A stretch of 59,532 bases of DNA, the filler included. It is 9 parts of 9 records of this genome, joined end to end, with 100 filler letters (N's around TTAATTAATTAA, not from the genome) between each part and the next. Parts side by side here need not be neighbours in the genome. Positions count along the whole stretch, not along the records: positions 26,471 to 32,410 come from SRR31147125_21580; positions 32,511 to 38,629 come from SRR31147125_21597; positions 38,730 to 47,848 come from SRR31147125_21644; 6 more parts are not named here. One strand, 5' to 3'. The stretch's first letter is position 1. Each line of letters begins with the position of its first letter. Below the pieces are notes generated by a model, which saw only the letters and a program-made list of their open reading frames with translations, did no database searches and was not told the origin of the DNA. Positions 31,318-40,272 of this stretch are shown here, one piece after another. The translations under genes were made by a program, and so were the position numbers.

Positions 31318-32353
31318 ATGGAAGTTAGTTGGTGTTGTGCTTTCTAGCACAGGGCTTGCAAGTGTTTGTATGTTTTTGCTATGCCTTGTTATGGTCTATG
31401 CGTCAAGATATTACTTATTCGCAGTTTTCTTTAACCAGCATCTTTTGTTGTTTATTCTTGCTTTTCTGGTGCTTTTTATTGTGTTTTCTATCATGTTTTT
31501 TATGTTGTTGATAAAGAAGCATATTATTTATCTTGAAAATATTTCGGATTCACTCAATAGGATGGATTATGAGAACTTAGATATCAACATACCTATAAAA
31601 GCGGAAGACGAAATTGGACAGATTGCACAAACAATTAACTGTATGTCAAATAGATTGAAGAAATCGTTTGAGGACAAGAGACGACTTGAACAAGTAAAGA
31701 GTGATTTAATAACAAATATTTCACATGACTTGCGTACACCTTTAACATCAATCATAGGTTATTTAGGGTTAATTAAAGAAAAAAATATAGAAGATAAAAG
31801 TATAAACCAGTATGTGGAAAATGCCTTTAATAAATCGCATGATTTAAAAACGTTGATTGATGAGCTTTTTGAATATACAAAGTTGCAGAATTACGGTTTT
31901 ATAATTAACAAAAAGAGAGTGAATCTAGGAGAATTGATTGAACAAACAGTAATGGGGTTCCTGCCTATGTTTGATCAAGTGGAAATGAAATATAAACTAG
32001 ACTTACCAGATGAGAAACTTATGGTTAATGTTGATCCAATTCTGATGTCTAGAGTATTCAGTAATTTGATAAGCAATGCGCTTGCATATGGAAAAGAAGG
32101 AAAAAGCATAAATATTATTATAAGAAAAGAAAATCAAAACGCCGTAATTCGATTTGTCAACTACGGGAATCCTATACCAAGTGAAGATTTGCCAAATATT
32201 TTTGATAGGTATCGTAAAGGTAATACCAGTGGAAGTTCGGGTCTTGGTTTGGCAATTGTTAAGCGTATTATAGATATTCATGACAACAGTATAGATGTCA
32301 AAAGCGATTCGAATAAAACAGAGTTTACTATAATAACTAAGCTTAGCGTATAG
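31301..32353 (+). CDS. HAMP-domain sensor histidine kinase (intramembrane-sensing type)
   Basis: Two adjacent TM helices, DEIGQIA, H-box [13 protein letters not shown]-box NLISNA, G-box [12 protein letters not shown] start overlaps the regulator 3' end. Confidence 0.93.
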   Translation: MKKKIKWKLVGVVLSSTGLASVCMFLLCLVMVYASRYYLFAVFFNQHLLLFILAFLVLFIVFSIMFFMLLIKKHIIYLENISDSLNRMDYENLDINIPIKAEDEIGQIAQTINCMSNRLKKSFEDKRRLEQVKSDLITNISHDLRTPLTSIIGYLGLIKEKNIEDKSINQYVENAFNKSHDLKTLIDELFEYTKLQNYGFIINKKRVNLGELIEQTVMGFLPMFDQVEMKYKLDLPDEKLMVNVDPILMSRVFSNLISNALAYGKEGKSINIIIRKENQNAVIRFVNYGNPIPSEDLPNIFDRYRKGNTSGSSGLGLAIVKRIIDIHDNSIDVKSDSNKTEFTIITKLSV

Positions 32354-32625
32354 AAACTAATAACAACCTAAAACAGAATAAAATCATAAAACAAACTGAG
32401 ACTGCGCCTANNNNNNNNNNNNNNNNNNNNNNNNNNNNNNNNNNNNNNNNNNNNTTAATTAATTAANNNNNNNNNNNNNNNNNNNNNNNNNNNNNNNNNN
32501 NNNNNNNNNNAAAAAGTAATGGAATAATTTATACCTTATGTTCTTTATATACACTAGGAGTCATGTGGATTTTTTAGCAGAAATGCATATTGTTATTTTA
32601 TTCCAGGTTTTATATGGAGGCAATT

Positions 32626-33288
32626 ATGAGAAATAGAAATTGGCTGTCCATGTTTCTTATTTTTCTCTTTATTTTTGCCATTTATCCTGTTCAAGCACAA
32701 CAGGTTGCCGAGAGTATCGATCTCGATGAAAAGGTAAGAGCATTTCTTCAGGATCATAAGAAAAAGTGGCGGGATATGAATGTGCCTGAAACTGATGGTA
32801 AAGTTTTGTATGAACTTATTATCAGCAATAATTACAAGAATGCCCTGGAAGTGGGTACTTCTACCGGTCGTTCGACCATCTGGATAGCCTGGGCACTCAG
32901 TAAAACAGGAGGTAAACTGATTACCATAGAACTGCATGAAGGTCGATATGAATTGGCAAAAAAGAATGTTGCAGAAGCCGGCCTCAGTAACGTTGTTGAA
33001 TTTAGACTGGCTGACGCGCATGAACTGGTTCCAAAACTGGAAGGCCCTTTTGATTTTGTTTTTGTGGATGCGGATAAAACCTGGTACACAAAATACCTGC
33101 AGTATCTCCTGCCTAAATTAAATGAGGGTGGATGCTTTACCGCACATAATGTTTTAAATTCCGGGATGTACGGGATTAAAGATTTTCTGGCATATGTGGA
33201 AAATCTACCCGAGCTGGAAACAACCATAAACCGGCAAAGTCGATCCGGAATATCAATTAGCTATAAAAAATCTGAAAATATCAAATGA
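32626..33288 (+). CDS. Class I SAM-dependent O-methyltransferase with N-terminal signal peptide
   Basis: ALEVGTSTG, LITIE, GPFDFVFVDADK. Hydrophobic leader ending VQA. Confidence 0.88.
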   Translation: MRNRNWLSMFLIFLFIFAIYPVQAQQVAESIDLDEKVRAFLQDHKKKWRDMNVPETDGKVLYELIISNNYKNALEVGTSTGRSTIWIAWALSKTGGKLITIELHEGRYELAKKNVAEAGLSNVVEFRLADAHELVPKLEGPFDFVFVDADKTWYTKYLQYLLPKLNEGGCFTAHNVLNSGMYGIKDFLAYVENLPELETTINRQSRSGISISYKKSENIK

Positions 33289-33381
33289 ATATAATGTCTG
33301 GTGAAATGGAATTGTTAAAATTGGGATATGTCTGTTTTTAACCGTGAGAGAGCTTGCCAGAGCAACACCAAAGATAATTTT

Positions 33382-33483
33382 ACAATAATAATAAGCTGTA
33401 ATCATAAAAAACAATAAAAAAGTATTGTAAAATAGGAAAACAATATTAAATTATTGTTGTGTAATTAGCAAAAATATTATTGT
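33382..33483. promoter_or_regulatory. Array of ACAATA-N6-TATTGT palindromes with 29-bp period
   Basis: Copies start at 33382 (degenerate right half), 33411 and 33440. A fourth half-site TATTGT lies at 33478-83, just before the SatD RBS. Confidence 0.7.
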
Positions 33484-33502
33484 AAAAAGAGGGGATATTG
33501 AG

Positions 33503-34159
33503 TTGAAGACAAACCATTATTTTGTTTTGATTCTTGATATTGTCGAGTCATCAAAATTACGGGACAGAGGAAAACTCACGGAAATGCTGAATGCTGCCAT
33601 AGTTGAGGCAAATAAAAAGTATTCAAAGGAATTGTGGGCACCCTTTGAGATAACCAAAGGGGACGAAGTGGCAGCCGTGCTTTTATCTATTAATCAGTTG
33701 TTTGACATGATTACACTGTTTAGTGATGCCATTTACCCTATAGAGTTTCGATCCGCACTTGTTTACGGCAAACTCAGTGCCGGATTGGAAACGAAAAGAA
33801 GTACTATAATAGATGGGCCTGCTTTTTACCTTGTGAATGAGAAAATGATCCAGCTAAAGAAAACTCAAAAAACGTTTTCCTTTAACAGTGGATTGAATGA
33901 CCTGGATGAGGCGACTGAGGCATTGATGAATTTAATCTTGTGGCGATGGAAGAGTTTTAGTTCACTGCAGCGGGATATTATTCGTAATTATCAGCAGGAA
34001 AAAAATCAGGTAAAAGTAGCCACCTTGCTGCGGAAAAAACAACAACAGATTCAGCAAACACTTAAATCCTGTAAGTGGGAGATCCTGGATAATGCTGAAA
34101 AAGCTGTGAAACATTTATTTCAGATCATCGAAAACAGAATTTTGGTCGAGGGGGATTAG
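33503..34159 (+). CDS. SatD family protein (cyclase-like palm domain plus C-terminal HTH-like segment)
   Basis: DIVESS, KGDE, DGPAF, and C-terminal QRDII....NQVKVA..L...QQ.I...L. Confidence 0.85.
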   Translation: MKTNHYFVLILDIVESSKLRDRGKLTEMLNAAIVEANKKYSKELWAPFEITKGDEVAAVLLSINQLFDMITLFSDAIYPIEFRSALVYGKLSAGLETKRSTIIDGPAFYLVNEKMIQLKKTQKTFSFNSGLNDLDEATEALMNLILWRWKSFSSLQRDIIRNYQQEKNQVKVATLLRKKQQQIQQTLKSCKWEILDNAEKAVKHLFQIIENRILVEGD

Positions 34160-34533
34160 ATGATTGGTTTTTTTTGACATTATTTATTCTCATTTGTGGT
34201 TATGCTGGCGGTTTTTATTTAGGTAGTGTATTACTGCGTCGAATTTTAAGATTTGTTGATCCGGAGATTGTAACAAAACCTTTTTACAGGGCCGGACTGG
34301 ATTTTCATGACATTGGTCTTTGGATCGGTTTATGTGAGCATTTTATGATCGTGACATTTGTAATCATGAATGAATATACAGCCATTGGGCTGATCTTTGC
34401 AGCGAAAAGCCTTGTTCGAACCGAACTTATACGTAAAAATCCTTCTTATTATCTGTTGGGAACGTTGCTGAGCGTCTCTTTTGCTATTTTGTTTGGCTTG
34501 CTTACGCAAATAGCACTCTGTAAGCTAACGTAA
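34160..34533 (+). CDS. DUF3307-like membrane protein (likely ATG 34160 with a T-run deletion; ORF track starts at 34174)
   Basis: G.WIG.CE......F.....YTAIG.IFAAKS..R.......YYL.GTLLS, the conserved C-terminal motif of membrane proteins that follow SatD genes. Confidence 0.7.
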
Positions 34534-34747
34534 AAGGAGGAGGGGCTCTATTCAAGAGCGTAACAGGAATCATGTGATCCGCAACAATTACGGAAGTCTT
34601 TGTACTCAATTTATGTTCTTATAAATGTCTGGCTTTGTGTATCCTGAACAGCTATGGGGATCAAAATAGAGTAATCCGAAATCAGTGATTTTTTGCAATG
34701 CGAGATTTCACGGATCTGTACTTAATAACGGATGTGGAGGAAAAGGC

Positions 34748-35581
34748 ATGCATCACATTTTTATCGTATCGGATAGCACGGGCAGAACAGCTGAACTGAT
34801 GTTACAGGCTGCCCTCACTCAGTTCAGAGATGAACCCATTAAAATTGAACGTCGAACGGATATGCGGACTGAAAAACAAATATTACAGGTCGTTCAGGAA
34901 GCGGATCGTGCACGGGGTTTCATTGTACATACTCTGGTGTCAGATGATTTACGAGATCTTATGTTACGAATGGGACGGCTTCAAAATGTGGAAACAGTGG
35001 ATTTGATAGGTCCTATATTACAGCAGCTTTCACAGCAATTTTTAAATTCGCCTTTAAAAGAACCCGGTCTTTTTCGCCATTTAAATGAGGCGTATTTTCG
35101 CCGAATTGAGTCGATGGAATTTGCCTTTCATCATGATGATGGCCAGCGTACGCATGAGCTGGACAAAGCGGAAATCGTTCTTGTTGGCGTTTCCCGTACA
35201 TTCAAAACACCTCTCAGTATTTATATGGCATTCAAAGGATGGTTTGTTGCAAATGTTCCAATCGTGTTAGATATTGAACCGCCTTCCGTGTTGTACGAGT
35301 TGCCTCCGGAAAATGTTTTTTGTCTGGTTACGGATCCTGGAAGATTGGCTGTTTTAAGGCGTGTAAGACAGGAACATTTCGGCGGCGCGACTGGAAAATA
35401 TGCAGATCCTGATTATGTGTCCCATGAAATAAAATACGCATTAAAAATATTTCACAGACAACCCAAATGGAGACGGATTGATGTGACAAATAAGCCTATT
35501 GAGGAAATCGCCTCGGAAGTTTTAGACTATGTTGCAAAATCTGATTTATCGAATCATATTTTAAAAAAAGAGAATAAATAA
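34748..35581 (+). CDS. Kinase/pyrophosphorylase (PEP synthase / PPDK regulatory protein, DUF299)
   Basis: IFIVSDSTGRTAE, YFRRIESMEF...HDDG, VLVGVSRT.KTPLS.Y.A, ANVP, IDVT.KPIEE.A. Confidence 0.93.
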   Translation: MHHIFIVSDSTGRTAELMLQAALTQFRDEPIKIERRTDMRTEKQILQVVQEADRARGFIVHTLVSDDLRDLMLRMGRLQNVETVDLIGPILQQLSQQFLNSPLKEPGLFRHLNEAYFRRIESMEFAFHHDDGQRTHELDKAEIVLVGVSRTFKTPLSIYMAFKGWFVANVPIVLDIEPPSVLYELPPENVFCLVTDPGRLAVLRRVRQEHFGGATGKYADPDYVSHEIKYALKIFHRQPKWRRIDVTNKPIEEIASEVLDYVAKSDLSNHILKKENK

Positions 35582-35591
35582 GGATTTTTAA

Positions 35592-36293
35592 ATGAATTTA
35601 AATGAATTGCTTTCTCTGACAAAACTCGGTAATCTTTTTCAAATAATTGCTCTGGTTTTTATTGTTCTTGCTATTATGCTACTCTCGTCTAAAATATTTA
35701 TAGATAAAAAAATAAATACCTTAAGGGATATGCTTTATCATAATAAAGATGTCGAGAACAGACAGCTCATAGCGAGTCTTGAATCGAGGATCGCCATACA
35801 GGCTGAAAAACTCGAGGAGCAACGATTATTATTGGAAGATATACCAGAAAATCAGACTCAAAGGACGGTGGGTAAAAGCGATATCAATAAAAATATACCA
35901 GAGATTCAGGCTCGAGTTATCCCTGAGCATGTTTTTGAAGAATTGAAACAGCGCTTAAGTCAATTTGATAGCGATTCTGTGGAAATTATCTGTGTCAGGG
36001 ACGATCACGAATCCTTTGCGCTGGCAAGTCAATTAAAAACAATATTTAAATCTGCCGGCTGGATTGTGGATGGGGTACATCAATCTGTCTTTACCCATGA
36101 TAAAGGCGGCCTGGTATTTATTATTAAAGATGTGACTGAAAAACCCAGGGTCATGGATTTGCTCGCTTTTTTAATTCTCTTGACATCAATTCTGTTGGTG
36201 GGATTAATAAAAACCAAAAAGGGGGATTACATGTTATTGTCGGCGCTAATAAACCCTGAACCATGCGTCGGTGTCTTTGGGATCACCTTTTAA
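35592..36293 (+). CDS. Hypothetical membrane-anchored protein (3' end probably distorted by homopolymer errors)
   Basis: N-terminal TM, coiled coil, then ES..LA.QL..IF..AGW.V domain. Alternative frames near 36170-36259 give a more plausible ending (...HVIVGANKP). Confidence 0.6.
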   Translation: MNLNELLSLTKLGNLFQIIALVFIVLAIMLLSSKIFIDKKINTLRDMLYHNKDVENRQLIASLESRIAIQAEKLEEQRLLLEDIPENQTQRTVGKSDINKNIPEIQARVIPEHVFEELKQRLSQFDSDSVEIICVRDDHESFALASQLKTIFKSAGWIVDGVHQSVFTHDKGGLVFIIKDVTEKPRVMDLLAFLILLTSILLVGLIKTKKGDYMLLSALINPEPCVGVFGITF

Positions 36294-36611
36294 TTTATTT
36301 TGCCTGTTTGCGTATAAAGCTTAATTACGTTAATATATTTCAATAATGTTATATTACCTGCCTCTCTATAACCACATTTTGGATCTTTAAATTGTTTGCA
36401 ATATCCCCGAGATTCTGGTTTTATGTTCTTGCCTGTTTTGAAAATAATCAAGCGTGTCACCTTTACTGCCAAAATGACAGTTTGGTATTTATGGTATGAC
36501 ATAATGACGCACTGTGTATTGGGCTACCTGATTGATGTTTAGATTGGCGTATTTAATTTAAAGATAATAATAACATGATATTATGTGGTCAAAAGATTGG
36601 AACTGTTGTTT

Positions 36612-36627
36612 TGGCACGCAGTTTGAT
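36612..36627 (+). promoter_or_regulatory. Sigma54-like promoter of hsp20
   Basis: TGGCAC-N5-TTGA(T). The -12 element is GA rather than the canonical GC. Confidence 0.45.
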
Positions 36628-36700
36628 ACTGTATAAAGTGAAAAACAGTTAAAAACTAAAATAAAAAAAATGTGTTTTTTTAATATTTCGGAGGTTTATT

Positions 36701-37132
36701 ATGTGGCTCGTAAAAAGGAATTATGGTTTTGATGATTATCCACGACTCGTAAACAGATTTTTCAATGAATTGAATGAAAACTGGCCTTATCCCGAAGATG
36801 ATTCTGTTGCATGGACACCCAGAATGGATGTAAAGGAGACAGATAAAGGCTACGAAATCCATGCTGATTTGCCTGGATTGGATAAAAAGGATATTTCTGT
36901 TTCGCTAAACGATAATGTCCTGACCATCAAAGGTGAAAGAAAACATGAGAAAAAAGAAGACTCTCAACAACATTTTCATCTTGAGAGGGCGTATGGTCAG
37001 TTCAGCAGATCTTTTACTTTGCCAGAAAAAGTGAATGAAAAGGACATCAAAGCACATTATAAAGATGGGGTTCTTTTCGTCTCGCTTGTAAAAGCTGAAG
37101 AAGCAAAGCCTAAAGAAATCGAAATTAGTTAA
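36701..37132 (+). CDS. Hsp20 / alpha-crystallin small heat shock protein
   Basis: W.P.MDVKET, ADLPG, LTIKGERK, ER.YG.F.RSFTLP, A.YKDGVL. Confidence 0.96.
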   Translation: MWLVKRNYGFDDYPRLVNRFFNELNENWPYPEDDSVAWTPRMDVKETDKGYEIHADLPGLDKKDISVSLNDNVLTIKGERKHEKKEDSQQHFHLERAYGQFSRSFTLPEKVNEKDIKAHYKDGVLFVSLVKAEEAKPKEIEIS

Positions 37133-37142
37133 TTTTTTCATC

Positions 37143-37169
37143 AGCCCCCTCACGATGAGGGGGCTTTTT
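37143..37169 (+). terminator. Intrinsic terminator after hsp20
   Basis: AGCCCCCTCA-cga-TGAGGGGGCT-TTTT. Confidence 0.9.
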
Positions 37170-37342
37170 ATTGACAATGGGGCTGATCTTTTGTAATATA
37201 TGTAATAGAGAAATGTGACTATTTATGTCACGACTGCGTCATTAATTGGTGTTTAAATGTTGCTTTTCTGAAAATACTATCATAAAAGCCCACCTGTTTT
37301 TGCCAAATTGAAACACGAACTTTTTCATATCTGGATATTTCT

Positions 37343-38593
37343 GTGAAAAAATTAAAACAAACATTTTATATTCTGTTATTTTTGGTTGGAACCACTTTTT
37401 CCCAATCAGACACACTAAGGATTGCCAGCTATAATCTGCTAAAATTTCCTGATACAAATTATGAATCACGGTTGCCTCATCTTAAAAAGGTGGTCCAGGC
37501 AATCAATCCTGACATTTTTGTTGTACAGGAGATTGTTTTCAGACAAGCAATCGGCATCATCTTAAATGATGTTTTGAGTTACACTGGTAGACCTATGTTT
37601 GCAGCGGTGCCTTTTGTCGATGGTCCGGATACGGATAATGCCTTGTTTTATCGGCAGGATAAATTCGACTTTGTGAAAAGTGAACAAATTTCAACTGATT
37701 TGCGGGATATCAGTGAATTCACTTTACGATATATAGGTTCTGCCGTGTCACCTGAGATAAAGGTCTATTCCGCACACCTGAAAGCGAGCTCCGGAAGCAC
37801 TAATGAACAAAAGCGTCTAAAAGAAACGACTATTTTGAGACAACGATTAAATGATTTGCCATTTAATAGTCCATTTTTTGTCGTTGGTGATATGAATTTG
37901 TATTCAAGCAGTGAACCTGCTTTTCAGATGCTTACAGGTAGTCAGCAGGATAATGACGGACGCTGTTTTGATCCCATCAATCAGATTGGCAACTGGCATG
38001 AGAATTCATCCTATTCCCGCTATCATACTCAGTCGACAAGGACGACTACATTTGGTGATGGATCCAGTGGCGGATTGGATGATCGATTTGATTTTATTTT
38101 TATTTCAGAGGCATTGCAGGATTCATCTGCCTTTAGATATCTTTCAGGATCGTACACGGCTTTTGGAAATGATGGACTTCATTTTAATTATAATGTAAAT
38201 GATGCGAGAAACAAGGCTGTCCCGGATAGTATCGCAGATGCACTATATTATGCGTCGGATCATTTGCCGGTTTATCTTGATTTTGTTTATTCATCCCCGA
38301 CCAGGGTGTCCTTACCAAATAAGGGCGATTTTTATAATGATTTAATGCCAAATTATCCAAATCCATTTAACGCGCAAACGAGTATTCGGTTTTCCATTGC
38401 AAAGCAAAGTGATGTAACTCTAAAAATATTTAATTATCTGGGAAAAGAGGTTGCCACATTGGTTCAGGATCAGTTGACTGCTGGTGCGTATCAGGTTATT
38501 TGGAATGCAGAACATGTTTCCAGCGGAATTTATTTTTGCCGGTTGGAGGCGTCTGATTTCATGAAAACCCAACGCCTTATTTTGTTAAAATAA
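37343..38593 (+). CDS. Secreted endonuclease/exonuclease/phosphatase (EEP) protein with T9SS-type C-terminal sorting domain
   Basis: SYNLL, VQEI, HLKA, GDMN, DRFDFI, SDHLPV. C-terminal NYPNPFN..T.I.F...SSGIYFCRL. Confidence 0.9.
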   Translation: MKKLKQTFYILLFLVGTTFSQSDTLRIASYNLLKFPDTNYESRLPHLKKVVQAINPDIFVVQEIVFRQAIGIILNDVLSYTGRPMFAAVPFVDGPDTDNALFYRQDKFDFVKSEQISTDLRDISEFTLRYIGSAVSPEIKVYSAHLKASSGSTNEQKRLKETTILRQRLNDLPFNSPFFVVGDMNLYSSSEPAFQMLTGSQQDNDGRCFDPINQIGNWHENSSYSRYHTQSTRTTTFGDGSSGGLDDRFDFIFISEALQDSSAFRYLSGSYTAFGNDGLHFNYNVNDARNKAVPDSIADALYYASDHLPVYLDFVYSSPTRVSLPNKGDFYNDLMPNYPNPFNAQTSIRFSIAKQSDVTLKIFNYLGKEVATLVQDQLTAGAYQVIWNAEHVSSGIYFCRLEASDFMKTQRLILLK

Positions 38594-38786
38594 TCGAGTG
38601 TGGTAAAATTGATTATAAATAAAAAACCCNNNNNNNNNNNNNNNNNNNNNNNNNNNNNNNNNNNNNNNNNNNNTTAATTAATTAANNNNNNNNNNNNNNN
38701 NNNNNNNNNNNNNNNNNNNNNNNNNNNNNGACACCTTAAACTTGAAGCAACAGTAGTTATGACTCTCAAGTTTGGGTAATCTCGGG

Positions 38787-39956
38787 TCAAAAAAAGTATT
38801 TACACATTTTGCCCTCATAATTCTCGACGGCCGCGTATCCTTCGTCAACGGATTTCAAATAATCCGGCGTTACGGGGATTTTCCCGTGTCCTCCGGGAAG
38901 ATCGATCACATAATGGGGAATGGCCATTCCTGAAATGTGTCCCCGCATGGCTTTGATGATTTCAAGCCCCTTCGCCAGAGGCAGCCGAAAATGTGCGGTC
39001 CCTGTGACGGCGTCGGGGTGGTGCAGATAGTAAGGCCGAATCCGGATTCGCAGCAACCCCCGCATCAATTGTGTCATCACCTCCGGTGTGTCGTTGATTC
39101 CCCTTAACAGCACACTCTGGCATCCCAGCGGGATCCCCGCGTCTGCAAGCCTTGCACAAGCGCTTGCGGCATCATCCGTGAGCTCCATGGGATGATTGAA
39201 GTGGGTGTTGATATAAATGGGGTGATACTGCTTTAGCACCGAGACCAAATTCTCCGTAATTCGTGAAGGAAGGGTACAAATCGCCCGAGTATGGATCCGG
39301 AGGGTCTGAACATGATCAATGGCCCGGATTCGGGTTAAAATTCGGTCAATCATTTCCGTATCGAGAAGCAAAGGATCCCCTCCGGACAAAATGACGTCAA
39401 ATATCTCTTTATGCTCAGAGATATATGTGATTCCCTTTTCAATGATTTCCGGTAGCTTCGAATGGATGTATGACTTTGGCTCGGCTTCTTTAGATGATGT
39501 GAAAAAAAGGGTCGTTTCCATTCCCACTTTACGCTTTCGCATACAGTGTCGGCAATAGACCGCACATCGGTTGGAGACCAGAAAAATAACACGATCGGGA
39601 TAGCGATGAATAATGGACGGCACCGGAGACTGCGGCTCTTCACAAAGCGGATCCGGCACATTGACATCATCGTCGTCATCATGACGCTCTTCAGCATCCG
39701 GAATAGCCTGTTTCCAGATGGGATCTCCAATGGATTGAATCAATCCGATATAATACGGCGAGATCTGCATGGGGTATTTCTTCGTCGTACGTTGGATGGT
39801 ATTCAATAACTTCTCGGTCGGCTTTGCCGCCACTTTGGACGCACATGAGTCCGGTACAAGTATCCCTTTGTTTTGAAGATAAGTGATCAGTTCAGAAGGC
39901 GTTTTAATGCTCTTCTGAAGTTGCTCTTGCCAGGACATCGTGTCAAGGGGATTCAT
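38787..39956 (-). CDS. KamA family radical SAM protein (lysine 2,3-aminomutase-like; start uncertain)
   Basis: HRYPDRV, CAVYCRHCMRKR, ILSGGDPL, HFNHP.E, QSVLLRGIND, RPYYL, RGHISG.A.P.YVIDLPGG.GK.P. Confidence 0.92.
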   Translation of the reverse strand: MNPLDTMSWQEQLQKSIKTPSELITYLQNKGILVPDSCASKVAAKPTEKLLNTIQRTTKKYPMQISPYYIGLIQSIGDPIWKQAIPDAEERHDDDDDVNVPDPLCEEPQSPVPSIIHRYPDRVIFLVSNRCAVYCRHCMRKRKVGMETTLFFTSSKEAEPKSYIHSKLPEIIEKGITYISEHKEIFDVILSGGDPLLLDTEMIDRILTRIRAIDHVQTLRIHTRAICTLPSRITENLVSVLKQYHPIYINTHFNHPMELTDDAASACARLADAGIPLGCQSVLLRGINDTPEVMTQLMRGLLRIRIRPYYLHHPDAVTGTAHFRLPLAKGLEIIKAMRGHISGMAIPHYVIDLPGGHGKIPVTPDYLKSVDEGYAAVENYEGKMCKYFF

Positions 39957-40272
39957 GATGATGCTATTGCGCTCCATTGAAAATTGATCTGGTTCTTCCA
40001 CGGTTTACAGGGGCTCCTTAACCTATTTATCGGCGAAAGCCAAGGGCAATTTAGCTTGAGCACCCTGCTTGAATGTTCCAGATTCAGCTTTACAATTTTC
40101 TCTGATATTGATAATTTACTTCGCTTTGAATTTGATTCAATCTCTGTTTGGGGGGATCGAAATAAAGGGCTTGTCGTCATACCGGAAGAGTGGGTAACGG
40201 CTAGAGTGCTTTTAATTTTTTCCGCGGCTGTCGGTTTGACCGGGATGTCGTATTTTTTGAGGGAGATCATCA

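Noticed and set aside
32398-32410. Possible start of an attC-like site (GCGCCTA at the contig end)
   Set aside because: Truncated by the spacer, with no complementary arm or integrase visible.
33382-33483. CRISPR mini-array reading of the periodic repeats
   Set aside because: The 29-bp period with 11-nt gaps is far too short for spacers, and there are no cas genes. No CRISPR array was seen anywhere in the window.
38738-38774. Inverted repeat AAACTTGA...TCAAGTTT at the fragment 7 edge
   Set aside because: Short and truncated. It cannot be told apart from a kamA terminator or the end of a repeat.
38787-39956. KamA as part of the SMC system
   Set aside because: Divergently transcribed and commonly found alone. 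The sequence gives no evidence of a functional link.
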